Position numbers and translations under genes: made by a program. Below are positions 1-10,207 of a stretch of 64,000 nucleotides of DNA, piece by piece. Positions within the stretch are counted from its first letter, which is position 1, and each line of letters opens with the position of its first letter. Location: positions 4,067 through 68,066 of the forward strand of contig CAVYUE010000020.1 of assembly GCA_963771625.1 (NCBI GenBank), read 5' to 3'. Below the pieces are notes generated by a model. That model had not been told where the DNA came from, searched no databases, and was given only the letters and a program-made list of their open reading frames with translations. The DNA comes from an uncultured Acidobacteriaceae bacterium (GTDB lineage: Bacteria; Acidobacteriota; Terriglobia; Terriglobales; Acidobacteriaceae).

Positions 1-147
1 ATGACGCTGGCTGGTCGGCTGAAGTTGCCGAAGGGCTGGCAGTATCGGACGCGCAAGGTGGATCAGGATCTGGTGGTGCGAAATTCAGGTGACAAGGCGC
101 ATGTCGTGCAGGACGATCTTCAGAACTCGTATCAGATGATGCAGTAG
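1..147 (+). CDS. 3' end of a hypothetical protein (partial, runs off the window start)
   Basis: Open frame from base 1 (..LKLPKGWQYRTRKVDQDLVVRNSGDKAHVVQDDLQNSYQMMQ*) with codon usage typical of the window; TAG at 145-147. Confidence 0.6.
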   Translation: MTLAGRLKLPKGWQYRTRKVDQDLVVRNSGDKAHVVQDDLQNSYQMMQ

Positions 148-155
148 CGGTTTGG

Positions 156-1197
156 CTAACGGCTGAGTTGCTGGGTGAAGAAGTCGGCCATGTAGCCGTA
201 GGCTTCTTTTGTCTCGGGGAGGCTGATGTCGTTCCAGAACGCGTGGGGGAGAGCTTCGAAGACGATGAGCTGGGCGTTGTCGCCGTTCTGGAGGAAGGCG
301 CGGTGGAGGATGGTGGTGCCGCTGAGGAGGAGATCGCGGGTGCTGGTGATGAAGAGGGTTGGGGGCATGCCATGGAGGTCGGCGTAGAGGGGCGAGAGGA
401 CGGGATCTTTGGGATTGGTCGAGCCGAAGTACTCGGTGTCGAGAGCGTTGTTGGCGGGGAGTGGGAGAGAGCCGGTGAGGCCGCGAAGGCTGAAGAGGGC
501 CTGGGAGTCGGTGCTTTGGCTGAAGTCGCCGAGGCCGGAGAAGATGCCGAGTGCGGCGGGGAGTGGCAGGTTGAGCTGCTTGAGGCGGACGGCTACTTCG
601 GCGGTGAGGATGGCGCCAGCGGACGTGCCGTAGAGAGCGATGTGGGTGGGCTTGTAGGTCTTGAGGAGGTCGCGGTAGACGGCGATGGTGTCGTCGACGG
701 CGGCGGGAAATTTGTGCTCGGGCGCGAGGCGGTAGAGGACGGAGACGACGCGGGTGTGGGTGAGGTTGGCGATGGGGATGGACTCGGTGAAGGAGCCGGA
801 GTCGGAGTTGAAGCCGCCGCCGTGGACGTTGATGAGGACGCGGTCGGGGTGCATGGGTGTGGCGTCGAGTGGGAAGGATGTTGCGGACGGGGACGCCGGC
901 GATGGTGATGGATTCGATCTTGACTGGATAGGCTTTGAGGGAGGCCTGGCCGGCGCGGGTCTGCCAGGCATCGGTGCCGGTGCGGCGTTCGGCGAGGGAC
1001 TGGTTTTCGGCTCCGGCGGGGCGGCGGAGGGAGGTTTGGGCCTCGGGGCTGACGGTGGTGGGGACGGGGACGACACGGGTGACGTGCGCGGTGCCGTCGG
1101 CGTCGATGACGCTGGAGTTGGTTTGTGGGGTGGGGGGTTGTTGCGCGGAGAGGGTGGCGGTGAGGGCGAGGAGGGTTGCGAGTTGGCGGAGTTGCAT
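156..1197 (-). CDS. Secreted alpha/beta hydrolase (HSL-family esterase/lipase); frameshift near 870
   Basis: Signal peptide MQLRQLATLLALTATLSAQ in one frame; HGGGF oxyanion motif, YRLAPEH, GTSAG nucleophile and PHAF in the other frame. Confidence 0.85.
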
Positions 1198-1291
1198 AGG
1201 GGATTAGGCTAGCAGCGTTTGATTGGGATGGGTAGCTGGTGTGGTTGTTGTCTCTGCTGCCTGTGGCGCTTTGGTGAAGACTGGGTTAACA

Positions 1292-1488
1292 GCAGATTCC
1301 TCCGCTTCGCTGCGGAATGACAACAAAAAACAGGCAACGGCAAGGGCAACTGCAACAGCAACCGCACGACAACTGCAAGGGCAACTGCAACAGCAACGAC
1401 AACCGCAGATCCCCTTCGGGGATGACAACAAAGAACAAGCAACTGCAACTGCGGCTACTACAGCTACGCAGATCCTGTTCGGGGACGG
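1292..1488. repeat. Cluster of three REP-like palindromes separated by (GCAACN)n hexamer spacers
   Basis: GCAGATTCCTCCGCTTCGCTGCGGAATGACAAC (1292-1324), GCAGATCCCCTTCGGGGATGACAAC (1405-1429) and degenerate GCAGATCCTGTTCGGGGACGG (1468-1488). Confidence 0.85.
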
Positions 1489-1511
1489 TTGTGCTTATGG
1501 ATCATGGATGG

Positions 1512-2729
1512 CTATTTGCCGGTGTAGGGGGTTTTGAGGTAGCGGTGGGCGGCGTCGCTTTGGGATTGGTCGCCGCCACCTGCGGCGGCCAGGTTGTACT
1601 GCTTGATGGCTTCGGGGCGGTTGTGGAGGAGGTCGAACATCTCGCCGGCGTTGAGCTGGGCGCGGCGACGGATCCAGTCGCTGCAGGTGGGCTGGGCGGC
1701 GGCGAGGACGTAGTCTTGTGCGGCTGCGGCGATCTGGTTCTGGCCGCGCTCGGTGTCGGCGAGGCCGAAGTAGGCCATGTGGAGGCGAGGCTCGACGAAG
1801 TAGCCGGGCTTTTTGGCGTCGGCGAGGATGGTGTTGTACTCGGCGATGGCGCCGGGGCCGTTGCCGGAGTCTTTGGTGAGGTTGGCGACCTCGAGGCGGA
1901 AGAGGTAGTCGTGGGGGTACTGGTCGGCGAGGCCTTTCTGGACGACGAGAGCTTCGGGGTAGCGGGCGTCGTGGCGGAGGAAGAGCGAGAGGGCGGTGCG
2001 GGACTCGATGGGGGTGACGATGCCGTGGGCGGCGGAGTCGCGGAGGAGTTCGAGGCCTTTCTCCTTGTTGCCGTTGACGCCGGCGATGCCGACCATCATG
2101 CGGACGAAGCGAGGAAGGCTGGCGACGGCGAACTGCTGGATGCCGATGGCCATCTTGGCGTCGGCGTAGTTGGGATCGATCTTGAGAGTGGCTTCGCTGT
2201 CGTTGCGGGAGGCGTAGCCCTGGCGGGCGGCGGTGACGTAGCTGTGGTCGACGAGCGTGATGAAGGCGGCGTGCATGCCGCGGGAGTAGCCACGGGCGAA
2301 GTAGGCGTTGGCGTCGTTGGGGTTGGCCTTGATCTGCTGGTCGGCGAGGGCGACGGCCTGATTGGTGAGGGATTCGATGCGGTCGCGGATGGGCTGAGGG
2401 ACGGGGACGTTGCGCTTGGAGGTGAGGAAGGAGTCGTGGGCGTAGTAGGTGGTGTCGAGGAGGTCCTGACGGTAGAGTTCGCGGAAGACGACGGTGAGGA
2501 GGATGTTGCCGATGGCGATGACGCTCTGCGGGTTGGCGCGCTGGACGGCCTCGAAGCGGGAGAGGGCGCCGTCGAAGTCCAGATAGTAGAAGTGCTCGAA
2601 GGCTTCATGGACCTGGGGGGTCAGGTTGATTGGGTCGGTGTGGGCGGCGGGATTGGAAGTCTGAGCGTGGGCCGAGAGAGCCAGCGGGAGAACGAGAAAG
2701 ATGCTTAGGATTTTGACGCTGCGTTTTAT
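1512..2729 (-). CDS. Secreted tetratricopeptide-repeat protein
   Basis: Signal peptide ILSIFLVLPLALSAHAQ; TPR-like helices (ANPNDANAYFARG, IDPNYADAKMAIG); start uncertain, in-frame ATA at 2729 follows a GGGAG RBS. Confidence 0.75.
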   Translation of the reverse strand: MKRSVKILSIFLVLPLALSAHAQTSNPAAHTDPINLTPQVHEAFEHFYYLDFDGALSRFEAVQRANPQSVIAIGNILLTVVFRELYRQDLLDTTYYAHDSFLTSKRNVPVPQPIRDRIESLTNQAVALADQQIKANPNDANAYFARGYSRGMHAAFITLVDHSYVTAARQGYASRNDSEATLKIDPNYADAKMAIGIQQFAVASLPRFVRMMVGIAGVNGNKEKGLELLRDSAAHGIVTPIESRTALSLFLRHDARYPEALVVQKGLADQYPHDYLFRLEVANLTKDSGNGPGAIAEYNTILADAKKPGYFVEPRLHMAYFGLADTERGQNQIAAAAQDYVLAAAQPTCSDWIRRRAQLNAGEMFDLLHNRPEAIKQYNLAAAGGGDQSQSDAAHRYLKTPYTGK

Positions 2730-2918
2730 TTTTCTTCTCCCGGAGTTGATGCGGTTGATGTTTATAGAGTTCTTATCGTCTTGCGGAGATACTTCTGTGG
2801 AGATGATACGTGGTTGGGCTGTTGGTTTTATTGGACGTGCGACTCCGTAAACTATACCCTTTGGCATCGAGATCTATTCGAGGCTCTGCGGTACTTTCAT
2901 GGGACTGAGAAGAACTTT

Positions 2919-3356
2919 ATGACACGGGTTGAGTTGCTTCAGTTGTTGGTCGGGCAGGCACGAACGAATGGGTTCGAGTTCCGCAGGTGGTATGTGGGAA
3001 AGCTTGGGCTGCCGTGGCAGAGTGCGCGCCAGGCGGTGGAGATGCTGGCGGCGGAGCGAAGGTACTATGCGTTGTTGTTCTCGCATGAGTTCGCTTCGAG
3101 GTTCTGGAAGGCGGGCGAGACGATGACCTTCCAAGTAGCGACGCAGACGTTCACGCGAAGGATGAAGGATGGGTCGATCGGCACGGTGAAGCGTAAAGGT
3201 TACACGCGGCGCAGTGCTCGGGAGGATGCCTGGCTCTATCACCTGAAGGAGATGGCTGCGGCCGAGGAGCCGCTTCGGTATATGCGGCGGTATCTTCGCG
3301 TGGAAGATGAGCTGGAGGAAGAGGCCGTGGTGCTGGTGAGTGAGGCGGACGAGTAG
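2919..3356 (+). CDS. Hypothetical protein
   Basis: ORF MTRVELLQLLVGQARTNGFEFRRWY.. with typical codon usage. Confidence 0.7.
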   Translation: MTRVELLQLLVGQARTNGFEFRRWYVGKLGLPWQSARQAVEMLAAERRYYALLFSHEFASRFWKAGETMTFQVATQTFTRRMKDGSIGTVKRKGYTRRSAREDAWLYHLKEMAAAEEPLRYMRRYLRVEDELEEEAVVLVSEADE

Positions 3357-3371
3357 GATTCGGCGGACAGG

Positions 3372-3905
3372 CTAGACGTGGTGGGCTTTGCGGATGGCGA
3401 GGATCTGCTTCAAGTGATGTTCGCCGTGGATGAGCTGAAATTTACGCCACTGCTCGACCCTGAGGGGGCCGAGGACCATGTGGCTGGCACATCGGCAGGT
3501 GGGACCGAAGAGTTCTTCGGCTTCGGTGCAGAGAAGGTCGAGCTGCGCGAGGTGGTCGGCGGCGGCCTGGGTGAGATCTTCGCCGCAGATGGGGTGGGTG
3601 GTGGGTGCAATAGGCGAGACCAGCGGTGGGGCTTTGCGGCCGCGTGGGAAATATCCGAGATGGATAAGGGTGTATTGGCCGAGATACTGCGGGATGCTGG
3701 GTTTGGCTTTGGTGGGGGTGCGTTTGGTGAGGCGGGCGTTGAGTGCCATCTCCGTGCCGGAGTAGCTAAGAAGAAGATGCTCCATGATCTGCTGAATGTT
3801 CCACTTGTCGGGGCGTGAGGGCGGCTGTAGCTGGGTCTGAGCGGCGTCGAGGCCGTTGAGGGAGTATGCAATCTCTCGCTGAAGCCGCTGGAGGGTAGGG
3901 TTCAT
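3372..3905 (-). CDS. DinB-like / DUF1569 family protein
   Basis: KWNIQQIMEHL, HMVLGPL and IHGEHHLKQI His motifs of the DinB/YfiT superfamily. Confidence 0.75.
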   Translation of the reverse strand: MNPTLQRLQREIAYSLNGLDAAQTQLQPPSRPDKWNIQQIMEHLLLSYSGTEMALNARLTKRTPTKAKPSIPQYLGQYTLIHLGYFPRGRKAPPLVSPIAPTTHPICGEDLTQAAADHLAQLDLLCTEAEELFGPTCRCASHMVLGPLRVEQWRKFQLIHGEHHLKQILAIRKAHHV

Positions 3906-3990
3906 AAGGCAGGATCACGGTACACCGGTTGCGGGCGCGACGGCTAGTGTTCTGTGAAGGGTTAGTTCATCGTGGTCGAGAGGCTTACAT

Positions 3991-4027
3991 CCCACCCTTC
4001 GCAGAGGCGCGAAGGATGGGGCACCCG
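3991..4027. repeat. REP-like palindrome, second family (CCCACCCTTCGC..GCGAAGGATGGGGCACCCG)
   Basis: Imperfect hairpin CCCACCCTTCGC/GCGAAGGATGGG in an intergenic region; single copy in this window. Confidence 0.6.
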
Positions 4028-4074
4028 AGATTTGTTGCTGGTTGGAAGACCGATGGGTTGGCGTTCGTCGGTAG

Positions 4075-4794
4075 CTACTTCAGTTCGTCGAGTGCTCGCT
4101 GGGCGGCTTTGGCTTTCTCGCCCTCGGGGTCGAGTTTGAGATAGAGCTGGAACTCAGCCATCGCTTCTTCTTTCTTCTTCATCTTTTGGGCGATCTCGCC
4201 CAGGGCGAAGTGGGTCTCGGAGTATTCGGGCTGGACCTTGACTGCGTCTTTGGCTCGGAGATAGGCGCCGGGGAGGTTGTCGTCGCGCATGTAGAACTTG
4301 GCGACGCGGAGGTCTTCGTCGACTCGTTCGTCGTCGGTCTGGACGCGCTTGACCTTGGGGAGCTTGCGATGGACGGAGCTGCCCTCTTCGCCGGGCTTGG
4401 GGAGATCTGTGTCGGGAACGTCCGGGTCGGGGGCGGCGGCGCTGCCTGAGCCGGAGCTACTGCTGCTGGAGTCGTCGCCGGGGAGTTTGGGGGCAGGTTC
4501 GGTTGGGAATGGGTGTTCCTCTGCTGCGGACTTTGGGGTGGTGGTGGAGCTCGGTGAGTCGGGGGGAGGAGCGGACTTGCTGGGGGTTCCGGGGAATGGG
4601 AACTGTTCGGCGGTCGATGGCTTCTTTGCGTCCGAAGGTGGTGGAGGGCAGGGTTTGGTGGTCTGCGATTGTGTCTGGTTTGGATCGGGGCACGGAGCGG
4701 GTGGGGTGTTTTGCGCAGGCGTGGTCTGGGCGAGGCAGGCGGTGGAGAAGAGGAATGCGGCCAGCAGAGCGCGAGATGTAGTGAGAATGGCCAT
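4075..4794 (-). CDS. Secreted Pro/Ser-rich protein with C-terminal TPR
   Basis: Signal peptide, low-complexity linker, C-terminal TPR (QPEYSETHFALGEIAQ..YLKLDPEG). Confidence 0.75.
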   Translation of the reverse strand: MAILTTSRALLAAFLFSTACLAQTTPAQNTPPAPCPDPNQTQSQTTKPCPPPPSDAKKPSTAEQFPFPGTPSKSAPPPDSPSSTTTPKSAAEEHPFPTEPAPKLPGDDSSSSSSGSGSAAAPDPDVPDTDLPKPGEEGSSVHRKLPKVKRVQTDDERVDEDLRVAKFYMRDDNLPGAYLRAKDAVKVQPEYSETHFALGEIAQKMKKKEEAMAEFQLYLKLDPEGEKAKAAQRALDELK

Positions 4795-4908
4795 CTAATC
4801 CAGATTCGTGGTTCGATACTTTGACGCTGTTGCGCGGCGGTTTGTTATAGTCAGCTGACCCGGGCTGCTTGCCCTGCCTCTATTTTATTGGATGGAACAC
4901 ATTTGACT

Positions 4909-5370
4909 ATGGTTGATGGGCTGATTATTCGTTCTTCGTCGATTCACGCGGCTGGCTGTTACACGACACGAGCGATCAAGAAAGGGACACGCGTCGTTGA
5001 GTATGACGGGCCCCGGTTTACGAAGGATGAGGCGGATGATCGCTATCAGGACCGGGATATTACCTACCTTTTTAGCTGTGGGACGGACGGGCTGGTGATC
5101 GATGGCTTTGGTACGGCTATGTTTATCAACCACTCGTGCGACCCGAACTGTCAGACGGAGGATGTCGGTGGACGGATCTTTGTGATGGCGATTCGGGACA
5201 TTGAGGCGGGTTCGGAGCTGACGTATGAGTACAACCTCTACGATAGCGACGATGCGGATCAGGATTGTTATTGCGGGGCGAAGAAGTGCCGGGGAACGAT
5301 GTTTAGCGAGGCTGAGGTGAAGCGGCGGGCGCGGAAGGCGAGAGCGGCGGCTAAGCGTAAGTCTTCCTGA
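4909..5370 (+). CDS. SET domain protein-lysine N-methyltransferase with post-SET motif
   Basis: FINHSCDPNC, GSELTYEY and post-SET CYCGAKKCRG. Confidence 0.92.
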   Translation: MVDGLIIRSSSIHAAGCYTTRAIKKGTRVVEYDGPRFTKDEADDRYQDRDITYLFSCGTDGLVIDGFGTAMFINHSCDPNCQTEDVGGRIFVMAIRDIEAGSELTYEYNLYDSDDADQDCYCGAKKCRGTMFSEAEVKRRARKARAAAKRKSS

Positions 5371-5388
5371 CTTCTTGAGGCAAAGGCA

Positions 5389-5447
5389 AACGGCGTGCTG
5401 CGCGCACGGCGCGATCTGCCATCGAGGCTGAAGCGCCTTCGGCGCCA
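5389..5447 (+). repeat. 59-bp dispersed intergenic repeat, copy 1
   Basis: AACGGCGTGCTGCGCGCACGGCGCGATCTGCCATCGAGGCTGAAGCGCCTTCGGCGCCA; 57/59 identical to 18236-18294. Confidence 0.9.
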
Positions 5448-5549
5448 TTTTGGGTTGAGGATAAGGGCTGGCTGGTGGGCGATACAATGGGGGTTGAGGA
5501 ATTGGTTGCGCTCTTGTCGCTGCGTTCGTGACTTCCCCACTTTTTCTAT

Positions 5550-7600
5550 ATGGCATATCAGGTTCTTGCAAGGAAATACCGGCCACAGCGTTTCGCGGAT
5601 GTAGCGGGACAAGACCATGTGACCGTGACGTTGATGAACGCGTTGACGCAGGGCCGGATTGCGCATGGCTACATCTTTAGTGGGCATCGCGGCATTGGGA
5701 AGACAACGATCGCGCGCATTCTGGCGATGGCGTCTGAACTGCCGGAACGCGATTGGGTCGGCGCTGCGGCCTACGGCTGAGCCTTGCGAGGTGTGCGAGA
5801 GCTGCACGGAGATCAAGGCAGGCAACGCGGTGGATGTGATTGAGATCGATGCGGCGACCAATCGCGGGATCGATGAGATTCGCGAGCTGCGGGACGCTGC
5901 GCGGTATCGACCGGCGAGAGATAAGTACAAGATTTACATTCTGGACGAGGCTCATCAGATTACGGATGCGGCGTTCAATGCGCTGCTGAAGACGCTGGAA
6001 GAGCCGCCGGACCATATCGTCTTCATGATGGCGACGACGCAACCGGAGGATATTCCGCAGACGGTGCGGTCGCGGTGTCAGCACTTCAGCTTTCATGCGG
6101 TGAAGCTGGTGGACATCCTTGGCGAACTGCGAGGGATTGCAGAGCGCGAGGGTGTGGATGCGGATGAGGCTGCGCTGAGTCTGCTGGCTGAGGCGGGCGA
6201 TGGGTCGATGCGTGATGCGCTTTCGATCATGGACCAGGCGATTGCGAGTGCGCCGGTAGAGGATGGGCGGCCGCGGCTGGTGGCGGGGCAGATTCGCGAG
6301 CTGATGGGAACGGTTCCGAATGCGGTGTTTGAGCGGATTCTTGAGGCGGTCGATGGGAATCGCAGCGCCGAGGTAATTACGGTTGCGAATCAGCTGCTGG
6401 ATGCGGGGAACTCTCCGGCACAGCTGGCGCGGCAGTTTGTGCGATATCTGCGGAATGCGGTGATTGCGAAGATTGCGGGCATTGGCGTGGATGGAGTTGG
6501 GGCCGATGGCGTGGCGGGTGAGTTGCTGCAGATTTCTGCGGATGAGCAGAGGCGAGCGGGGCGGTCGGCTGCGCTGTTCAGCGAAGAAGAGCTGACGAGA
6601 TTTTTGCAGGTGATGTTGCGGACGTTTGATGAGCTGGGATATCGGCAGGAGCAGCGGTTTCACTTTGAGCTGGGGCTGCTGAAGCTGGTGCATCTGCGGC
6701 GGCTGCTGCCGGTTGAAGAGTTGTTGAGTCAGTTCCCTGTTGCTGGTGGCGGGTCAAGGCCGGGGCCAGGGGTGGCGACGGCGAGATCGGTAAGTACTGC
6801 GACTGCTTCGCCTGGTAGAAATCCGGTGAGTGGAGCGGCGACGGCGCGGGTGTTGGAGACCAGTGCTGCGGTCGTGAGTGCGCCGGCGTTTTCTCCGTTT
6901 GAGAAGGACCAGAGCAAGAGGCGGTTTGATGAGAAGGCTGTCGTGGCGTCGCCGGTCGTTGCTGCGGTTGTGCCGATCGCTCAGCCTATGCCTGTGCCCG
7001 TAGCAGTACCCGTGCCGGTTGCTGTGCTGACGCCTGCGGAGCTCGTGTTGACTGACGGCGATGCGATCGGAGCTGCGCTGGTGGAAGTGGGCGATCTGGC
7101 GGAGGCTGCAGTTGCGACTTTGCCCGCGGTGGAAGAGCGCGTGGATACGATTGTTGACGACTGCGGAGGAGGAGTCGCGCAGTTCTGATTTGCAACTTTC
7201 ATCGTTACATTCTGCGGAGGCGTTGCAGAGGGTTGCGGTGGATGCTCTGTCGGCGGCGAAGAATCAGGATACTCCGGCGGATGCGCTGGCCGATGCGGAG
7301 TGGGTTGTGACGGACGTCGAGATTCGGGTGCAGACGGAGCTCTCGAAGACGATGCTGCCGATGGTGATCAATGCAGAGGCAGAGAAGCTGGTGAAGAATG
7401 CGCTGCGTGAAGCTGGTGCTGGGGCGTTGAAACTGCTGTTGCTGCCTGGAGTGAAGACCACTGCCAGCGCAAAGAAACCACGCGCGGCAAAGAGTGGGAG
7501 TGTACAGGCGAAGGCAATGGAGCATCCTATTGTGCAGCGGGCGCAGACACTGTTCAATGCGGAGATCAGGAACGTGATCGATCTGCGGGACAACGATTAG
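5550..7600 (+). CDS. dnaX: DNA polymerase III subunit gamma/tau; frameshifts near 5733 and 7150
   Basis: [15 protein letters not shown], Walker [10 protein letters not shown], Zn-binding C..CEVCESC, EIDAA, ILDEAH, SRC; lies upstream of ybaB-recR. Confidence 0.95.
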
Positions 7601-7646
7601 CCGACTATGGGATTTAGCCGATAACGGCGGGACTAGGGAGTTGATA

Positions 7647-7979
7647 ATGGACTTTTCTGATCTGGGCAAGATGAAAGAGATGATGGGGCAGGCGAAGCTG
7701 ATGCAGGAGCAGATGGAGAAGAAGCTCGCTGCGACGGTGGTGGAGGCTTCGAGCGGCGGTGGTGTGGTGACGGTGCGGATGAATGGCAAGAAGGAAGTGC
7801 TTCGGGTGAAGATTGAGCCGACGGCGATGGGGAGTTCGGCGAGCGATCTCGAGTTGCTGGAGGACCTGATTGCTGCGGCGGTGAATGAGGCAGGACGGCG
7901 GGCGGATGAGGCGATGAAGTCCAGTGTGGCGGGGATGATGGGTGGGCTGGGACTACCGGATCTTCCGGGGTTGGGTTAA
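7647..7979 (+). CDS. ybaB: YbaB/EbfC nucleoid-associated protein
   Basis: [25 protein letters not shown]; conserved dnaX-ybaB-recR order. Confidence 0.93.
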   Translation: MDFSDLGKMKEMMGQAKLMQEQMEKKLAATVVEASSGGGVVTVRMNGKKEVLRVKIEPTAMGSSASDLELLEDLIAAAVNEAGRRADEAMKSSVAGMMGGLGLPDLPGLG

Positions 7980-8602
7980 TGGCTGGATCTTTTGGTGCAA
8001 CTCCGAGTCGCTTTGCGGAGCCGATGTCGCGGTTGATCGAGGAGCTGAGGAAGCTGCCGGGGATTGGGACGAAGAGTGCGCAGCGGCTGGCGTTTCATGT
8101 GCTGCGATCTTCTGCGGAAGATGCCGAAGCGTTGTCGGTGGCGATTCGTGAGCTGAAGTTGCATCTGCGGCTGTGTTCGGTGTGCAACAACATCACGGAT
8201 GTCGATCCGTGTGGCTATTGCACGAGTTCGGTGCGGAACCAGCGGGTGGTTTGCGTGGTGGAAGAGCCGACGAATATTGCGACGATTGAGAAGACGCGGA
8301 GCTATAACGGCGTGTATCACGTGCTGCATGGGACGCTGTCGCCGATTGGCGGGGTGGGGCCGGAGCAGTTGCGGATTGCGAATCTGCTGACGCGGCTGGC
8401 GGAGTTGGATGAGGTGATTCTGGCGACTTCGCCGACGACTGAGGGCGAGGCGACGGCGGGGTATCTGGCGCATGAACTGCGTAAGGCACAAGGCGATTTG
8501 AAGGTGACGCGGATTGCTACTGGCGTACCTGCGGGGAGTGACATCGAGTATGCCGATGAGGTGACGATGACGCGAGCAATGGATGGGCGGCGGGAGTTTT
8601 AG
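7979..8602 (+). CDS. recR: Recombination mediator RecR
   Basis: [14 protein letters not shown] helix-hairpin-helix, C4 zinc finger, Toprim [16 protein letters not shown]. Confidence 0.96.
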   Translation: MAGSFGATPSRFAEPMSRLIEELRKLPGIGTKSAQRLAFHVLRSSAEDAEALSVAIRELKLHLRLCSVCNNITDVDPCGYCTSSVRNQRVVCVVEEPTNIATIEKTRSYNGVYHVLHGTLSPIGGVGPEQLRIANLLTRLAELDEVILATSPTTEGEATAGYLAHELRKAQGDLKVTRIATGVPAGSDIEYADEVTMTRAMDGRREF

Positions 8603-8679
8603 TCTTGACGCTGATTCAAGTGGTGCGGCTTTCAAGCGAGACCCGTCGTCTAACACTACGGAGATAGAGATACCAATTT

Positions 8680-9711
8680 ATGAGTTTGAATGATTTGAAT
8701 GCGACCATCTCGCGGCGTCGATTTCTGCGGCAGAGCTTTGCGTTTAGTGCTTTGGCTGGACTTGGGGCTTCGCCACTGGCTGCAGTCGCAAAGGCTGGCC
8801 GTAGTACTGCTGGAGGGTCGCGTCTGCTGATGATTGGCGATTGGGGTTATGAGAACTTCAAGGCGCAGAGTCGCGTGGCGGATGCGATGAAGGCGTATGT
8901 GCATGAGCAAGGTTTCAGGACTGAGGCGCTGTTGATGCTGGGTGACAACTGGTATGGGCAGCTTCCGGATGGAGTGAAGGATAAGCGGTGGCAGACGCAG
9001 TTTGAGGAGATGTATCCGAAGAGCGTGTTTGATTGTCCGGCGTATGCGATTCCAGGGAATCATGACTATCAGCGAATGCCGGCGAGCAAGGTCGCGGCGG
9101 AGTTGGAGTATGCGAAGGCTGGTGGGACGCGGTGGACGATGCCTTCGCTTTGGTACAGCTTTGAGTTTCCGGCGAAGAAGCCTCTGATGACCGTGATTGC
9201 GTTGGATAGCAATATGCCTTCTGCCGATGGGAAGTGGGACAAGGGCACGAACTTTACGTTGACTCCGGAGCAGCAGGCGGAGCAGTTGACCTGGTTGGCT
9301 GCGGAGCTTGAGAAGCCGCGAACGACGCCGTTTTTGATTGTGATGGGGCATCATCCGATTTATTCGAATGGGCCGCACGGAGATCACAAGGTGCTTTTAC
9401 GGGATTGGGAGCCGTTGTTGCGGAAGCATAAGGTGCATCTGTATCTGGCGGGGCATGACCATGATATGCAGCACCTGGAGTTTGAAGGGCATCCGACTTC
9501 GTTTGTCTTGTCAGGTGGGGGTGGGGCGGATCTGTATCCGTTGGCGATCGATGAGGCGGAGCGTGGGCCTTATGCGGCGAGGGTGTATGGGTTCAGTGAT
9601 CTTGAGGTGACGCCGGAGATGCTGACGTTGCGGCATCTGGATGAGAAGGGGCAGCTGATTCACTCGTTTACGAAGAGGGTGGATGGGACGGTGGGCTGTT
9701 ATCTGAGATAA
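8680..9711 (+). CDS. Tat-exported metallophosphoesterase (purple acid phosphatase-like)
   Basis: SRRRFL Tat motif; GDWG, GDNWY, GNHD, GHH and GHDH motifs. Confidence 0.88.
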   Translation: MSLNDLNATISRRRFLRQSFAFSALAGLGASPLAAVAKAGRSTAGGSRLLMIGDWGYENFKAQSRVADAMKAYVHEQGFRTEALLMLGDNWYGQLPDGVKDKRWQTQFEEMYPKSVFDCPAYAIPGNHDYQRMPASKVAAELEYAKAGGTRWTMPSLWYSFEFPAKKPLMTVIALDSNMPSADGKWDKGTNFTLTPEQQAEQLTWLAAELEKPRTTPFLIVMGHHPIYSNGPHGDHKVLLRDWEPLLRKHKVHLYLAGHDHDMQHLEFEGHPTSFVLSGGGGADLYPLAIDEAERGPYAARVYGFSDLEVTPEMLTLRHLDEKGQLIHSFTKRVDGTVGCYLR

Positions 9712-9719
9712 GGGCTACA

Positions 9720-10185
9720 GATGTATCGCGATGAACGATCTGCGGCGTCTAATCATGAATATCCGATCTGCGTAGTTCACCGTCATTCCGTCGAACATTC
9801 TAGATATATACCCCTTGATTTGTTGCTCTTCTGTTCCTAAGTCTTTTTCAATGAAACGACAGTTCGCCACCCTGGATTGTGCCAGGGTTCCTCGTCCTAA
9901 CCTGAACTAGATTGAGGGATGGAGGAGTCCAATTTATCGAGTTGTTCAAGCCAAGTCGTGGACGTAGTTTCAGGGATTTGCAGGACACGTCCTCGTGCAA
10001 CTAGCGACATTCCTAAAGCAACCGCTAATCCAGGCTCTATCGCAACTTTGCATTGATGAAGCAAGTCCTGAGCGCTGAAATATCCGCCCACTACCCACAT
10101 TACGTGCGGGCTTCCAACTTGACATCTATAAGATCGATATGTAAGTCGTCACATCTCTCCACACCACCATGACGTTTGAACATGA
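9720..10185 (-). pseudogene. Low-GC fragmented ORF of unknown function
   Basis: AT-richer segment; RBS CAGGAG followed by MFKRHGGVERCDDLHID.., then fragments in shifting frames (MWVVGG.., NWTPPSLNL, EEPWHNPGW). Confidence 0.35.
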
Positions 10186-10207
10186 TTCAATCCACTCCTG
10201 AATTCTG

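Noticed and set aside
1292-1488. CRISPR array
   Set aside because: Repeats differ in length and sequence, spacers are low-complexity, and there are no cas genes
7130-7190. Programmed dnaX frameshift producing gamma and tau
   Set aside because: No A_AAA_AAG-type slippery site or long homopolymer is present, a second break near 5733 destroys the ATPase domain, and background indels are frequent; sequencing error is more likely
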